From positions 768,001 to 832,000 of the forward strand of contig CAVRGP010000011.1 of assembly GCA_963720755.1 (NCBI GenBank): 64,000 bases of DNA, in the 5' to 3' direction. The notes beneath the pieces are model-generated. The model was given only the letters and a program-made list of their open reading frames with translations, was not told the origin of the DNA and did not search any database. Positions 61,115-64,000 of the stretch are shown one piece after another. Every line of letters begins with the position of its first letter. Position 1 is the first letter of the stretch. The DNA comes from an uncultured Chloroflexia bacterium (GTDB lineage Bacteria; Chloroflexota; Limnocylindria; Limnocylindrales; CSP1-4). A program made the position numbers and the translations under genes.

Positions 61115-61125
61115 ATCCTTTGCAC

Positions 61126-61202
61126 GGGCGGTTAGCTCAGTCGGTCAGAGCGCCTCGTTTACACCGAGGAGGTCACTGGTTCGAACCCAGTACCGCCCAC
61201 CA
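61126..61202 (+). tRNA. tRNA-Val(TAC)
   Basis: CCTCG-TTTACAC-CGAGG anticodon arm, GGTTCGAA, CCA. Confidence 0.96.
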
Positions 61203-61256
61203 TCAAGACGCACCAGGTGATGGGCGTGCGGGCCGGCCGCGTGGCAGGAGCGTTTC

Positions 61257-61763
61257 GTGAGCATTCGTACGGCATACAGCGTCTGGCCCGAATACAACCG
61301 CCGGCTTCGTGATGTGGTCGCCGCGATGACCGACGAACAGCTGGCACTCCGCCCATCTCCCGAGCGGTGGCCACTCTGGGCGACCGTGGGCCACCTGGCC
61401 TGTCAGCGGGTGTTCTGGTTGTGCGACTTCGCCGGTGAACCTGGCGTCGAATCCACACCATTCACCAACGCCGCGTACGACTGCCCTGGAGATGACGACC
61501 TCGAGCATGTCCTGGGGGCCGGCCAGCTCGCCGATGCGCTCGACACGTCCTACCGCATCGTCGATGCCTTCCTGGATCGGTGGACCGCAGACTCGATGTC
61601 CGAGGAACTGTCTCGCGACTGGGATGGCGAGTGGGTCCACACACGTGGGTGGGTCATCCAGCGCGTCTTCAGTCACGACGTCTACCACTGTGCTGAGTTG
61701 AACGAGGTCCTTGGTCGCACCGGATTGCCCCAGATCGATCTGTGGGGTCCCGGCACCGGGTGA
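61257..61763 (+). CDS. DinB/YfiT-family protein
   Basis: W..YNRRL...MTDEQL, VGHL, HDVYH..E metal-site pattern. Confidence 0.8.
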   Translation: MSIRTAYSVWPEYNRRLRDVVAAMTDEQLALRPSPERWPLWATVGHLACQRVFWLCDFAGEPGVESTPFTNAAYDCPGDDDLEHVLGAGQLADALDTSYRIVDAFLDRWTADSMSEELSRDWDGEWVHTRGWVIQRVFSHDVYHCAELNEVLGRTGLPQIDLWGPGTG

Positions 61764-61851
61764 CGGCCGGCCACCTCCGGGCCTGATACGGGCACTGGTA
61801 GACTTGACCCGAGCACGAGCCGACCGGCGTCGTGGCCATCGGAGGAGTTGC

Positions 61852-62421
61852 ATGGGCCTCGAACTGATCATCGTCCTCGTGATCATCGTCGTGCTGATCG
61901 TTCTCCTCGTCGGGCTCTATAACGGGCTCGTCCAGAAGCGATTGCGGATCGATGAAGCGTTCGCGCAGATTGAAGTCCAACTGAAGCGCCGCCACGACCT
62001 CATCCCGAACCTCGTCAACGCGGTCAAGGGCTATATGGGGTTCGAGCAGAAGGTCCTGACCGATGTCACCAACGCTCGTGCAGCCGCCGTTTCGGCAGGT
62101 GCCCAGGGCCCGACCCAGCAGGCAGCAGCGGAAAATGCGCTCACCGGCGCCCTGCGTTCGCTCTTCGCAGTCGTCGAGAACTACCCGGAACTCAAGGCCA
62201 ACGAGAATGTCCTGGCGCTGCAGGAGCAGCTGACCACCACGGAGAACCAGATCTCGTTCTCGCGCCAGCACTACAACGCGACCGTGCTCGACTACAACAC
62301 GAACATCCAGACGTTCCCGGCCGTGCTGCTTGCCGGCATGTTCGGCTTCACCAAGCGCGACTTCTTCGACGCCGAGCCCGAGGCGGCCAACGTCCCCAAC
62401 GTCGATCTCAGCCTGAGCTGA
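61852..62421 (+). CDS. lemA: LemA family protein
   Basis: YNGLV, QLKRRHDLIPNLV, ENYPELKAN, TENQISFSRQHYN, FP. Confidence 0.94.
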   Translation: MGLELIIVLVIIVVLIVLLVGLYNGLVQKRLRIDEAFAQIEVQLKRRHDLIPNLVNAVKGYMGFEQKVLTDVTNARAAAVSAGAQGPTQQAAAENALTGALRSLFAVVENYPELKANENVLALQEQLTTTENQISFSRQHYNATVLDYNTNIQTFPAVLLAGMFGFTKRDFFDAEPEAANVPNVDLSLS

Positions 62422-62443
62422 GCGGTCGCTGCCGGGATCGTCG

Positions 62444-63427
62444 GTGGCCGAGCGGTCGTTCTACGGGCAGATCGGAGCCAACAAACGGAACTCGTTCCTT
62501 TTGGCTGGTGGACTCGTCGCGCTCCTGGCGGTACTCGGGTTCACGATCGGATACGCGATCGTCGGGACGCCGGCTGGCGGGGTCGCCGCGACCGCGCTGG
62601 CCATCGCGGCCGGTTCCGTGTCCGGGATCGCGGCGTTCTATAGCGGCGACAAACTCGTCCTGACCGTCAGCGGGGCGCAGGCGGTCGACGAAACGTCGGC
62701 CCCGCAGCTCCTGAACGTCGTCCGAGAGATGGCCATCGCGGCCAATGTGCCGATGCCGAAGGTGTACATCATCGACGACACCGCGCCGAATGCATTCGCG
62801 ACGGGCCGCGATCCGGCCCATGCGTCGGTCGCCATCACCACGGGGTTGCTCCAGAAGCTCGACCGGGAAGAATTGCAGGGTGTCATCGGCCACGAGCTTT
62901 CGCACGTGCGCAACTTCGACATCCGGTTCTCACTCATCCTTGGGGTCATGGTCGGTGCCATCGCGATCCTGGCCGACTTTTTCCTCCGGTTCACGTTCTG
63001 GGGCGGGATGTCGTCCCGGCGATCGTCCAGCCGGGACAGTGGCGGGAATGGGGCCGCCGCGATCATGGCCGTGATCGCGATCATCCTGGCGATCCTTGCG
63101 CCGATCATCAGCCGGTTCATCCAGCTCGCGGTTAGCCGCCAACGCGAATACCTGGCGGATGCGTCGTCGGTCGAACTGACTCGCAATCCCTACGGGCTCG
63201 AGCGGGCGCTGGCCAAGATCGACGCGGACCAGGAAGTCCTCGAGGTCGCCAACCGTGGGACTCAGCACATGTACTTCACCAATCCGATCAAACGGTTCGA
63301 AGCCCGGTCGTCCGGATTGATGGACACGCACCCGCCGATCCTGGATCGGATCAACCGTCTGCGCCAGCTGACCGGCGAGGCGCCGCTCCAGTCCGCTGAC
63401 GTCGCCTCGTTGGCCGGTCCGCAGTAG
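62444..63427 (+). CDS. htpX: M48 zinc metalloprotease HtpX
   Basis: PNAFATGR, GHELSH, SRQREYLADA, THPP; follows lemA. Confidence 0.92.
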   Translation: MAERSFYGQIGANKRNSFLLAGGLVALLAVLGFTIGYAIVGTPAGGVAATALAIAAGSVSGIAAFYSGDKLVLTVSGAQAVDETSAPQLLNVVREMAIAANVPMPKVYIIDDTAPNAFATGRDPAHASVAITTGLLQKLDREELQGVIGHELSHVRNFDIRFSLILGVMVGAIAILADFFLRFTFWGGMSSRRSSSRDSGGNGAAAIMAVIAIILAILAPIISRFIQLAVSRQREYLADASSVELTRNPYGLERALAKIDADQEVLEVANRGTQHMYFTNPIKRFEARSSGLMDTHPPILDRINRLRQLTGEAPLQSADVASLAGPQ

Positions 63428-63533
63428 GGGAGTGGGGCGGACGGAGCTGCCTGGTGGGCTCGTTGCCCGGCTTCTGAGGCCCGTGGTATCGTTCCATGCG
63501 CCGACGGGCAGCCGACGGCTGGTTGGCCATCGG

Positions 63534-63609
63534 GCCGAGATAGCTCAGTTGGTAGAGCACGCGACTGAAAATCGCGGTGTCGCCAGTTCGATTCTGGCTC
63601 TCGGCACCA
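63534..63609 (+). tRNA. tRNA-Phe(GAA)
   Basis: CGCGA-CTGAAAA-TCGCG anticodon arm, CCA. Confidence 0.96.
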
Positions 63610-63634
63610 CCTCAGGGTGGGTGTGGATCTCAGA

Positions 63635-63710
63635 GCGGAAGTGGCTCAGTTGGTAGAGCATCACCTTGCCAAGGTGAGGGTCGCGGGTTCGAGTCCCGTC
63701 TTCCGCTCCA
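63635..63710 (+). tRNA. tRNA-Gly(GCC)
   Basis: TCACC-TTGCCAA-GGTGA anticodon arm, TCCA end. Confidence 0.96.
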
Positions 63711-63730
63711 AATCTCCCCTATCGGACCGC

Positions 63731-63804
63731 TGCCCCTTCGTCTAGTGGTAGGACAGCGGACTTTGGATCCGTGAACCGAGGTTCGAATCCTCGAGGGGCA
63801 GCCA
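63731..63804 (+). tRNA. tRNA-Gln(TTG)
   Basis: U1-A72 acceptor, GCGGA-CTTTGGA-TCCGT anticodon arm, GCCA end. Confidence 0.95.
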
Positions 63805-63838
63805 GCATCCGGCGGGGGCCCGCCAGCGAATATCTTCT

Positions 63839-63915
63839 GGCGACGTGGTGAAGTGGCTCAACACGGAGGTCTGCAAAACCTCTATTCACCGGTTCGAATC
63901 CGGTCGTCGCCTCCA
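63839..63915 (+). tRNA. tRNA-Cys(GCA)
   Basis: GAGGT-CTGCAAA-ACCTC anticodon arm, TCCA end. Confidence 0.95.
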
Positions 63916-63962
63916 CTTCCACTCACAAAACAGCACTCCCGGGCCGGAGTGCGCCCTCCGCT

Positions 63963-63984
63963 GTTAGCATCGCGTTAGCATCGC
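63963..63984. repeat. Tandem 11-bp direct repeat downstream of tRNA-Cys
   Basis: gttagcatcgc-gttagcatcgc, preceded by hairpin gcactcc-cgggcc-ggagtgc (63933-63952). Confidence 0.7.
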
Positions 63985-64000
63985 GACCGCCGAACGGGTG

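Noticed and set aside
61203-61800. DinB-family gene as an island inserted at tRNA-Val
   Set aside because: No duplicated tRNA 3' end or integrase seen

Overview
High-GC bacterial chromosome segment; gene order, GAAC-N4-GTTC SOS boxes and protein features suggest a high-GC Chloroflexota such as Ca. Limnocylindria (inference). Most of the window is housekeeping: a BMP-family nucleoside ABC transporter, dnaE, an ECF sigma/anti-sigma pair, polA-mutM-ABC-F-coaE, uvrB, uvrA, a short UvrD-like helicase, uvrC, secDF-recJ-(TolB-like)-pyrF, tatAC-rapZ-yvcK-whiA-tpiA-gpmI-secG, lemA-htpX and eight tRNAs. The most interesting part is an accessory cassette (about 8.4-16.8 kb) with one NarL-type response regulator and two membrane histidine kinases whose defects are reciprocal. 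One keeps the phospho-acceptor His but has lost the ATP-binding motifs. The other keeps the ATP-binding motifs but has Arg in place of His. This suggests an obligate heterodimeric 'split' kinase. The cassette also encodes three exported proteins: an orphan DctP-like lipoprotein with an extra domain, a beta-helix protein and a trypsin-like protease. Other observations: LexA boxes at identical spacing before uvrA and uvrB, widespread leaderless-type promoters, a tandem atypical zinc-finger anti-sigma, and many low-complexity insertions in core proteins. Five genes carry small indels that are probably long-read errors. No CRISPR array, rRNA, integrase or transposase was recognised.
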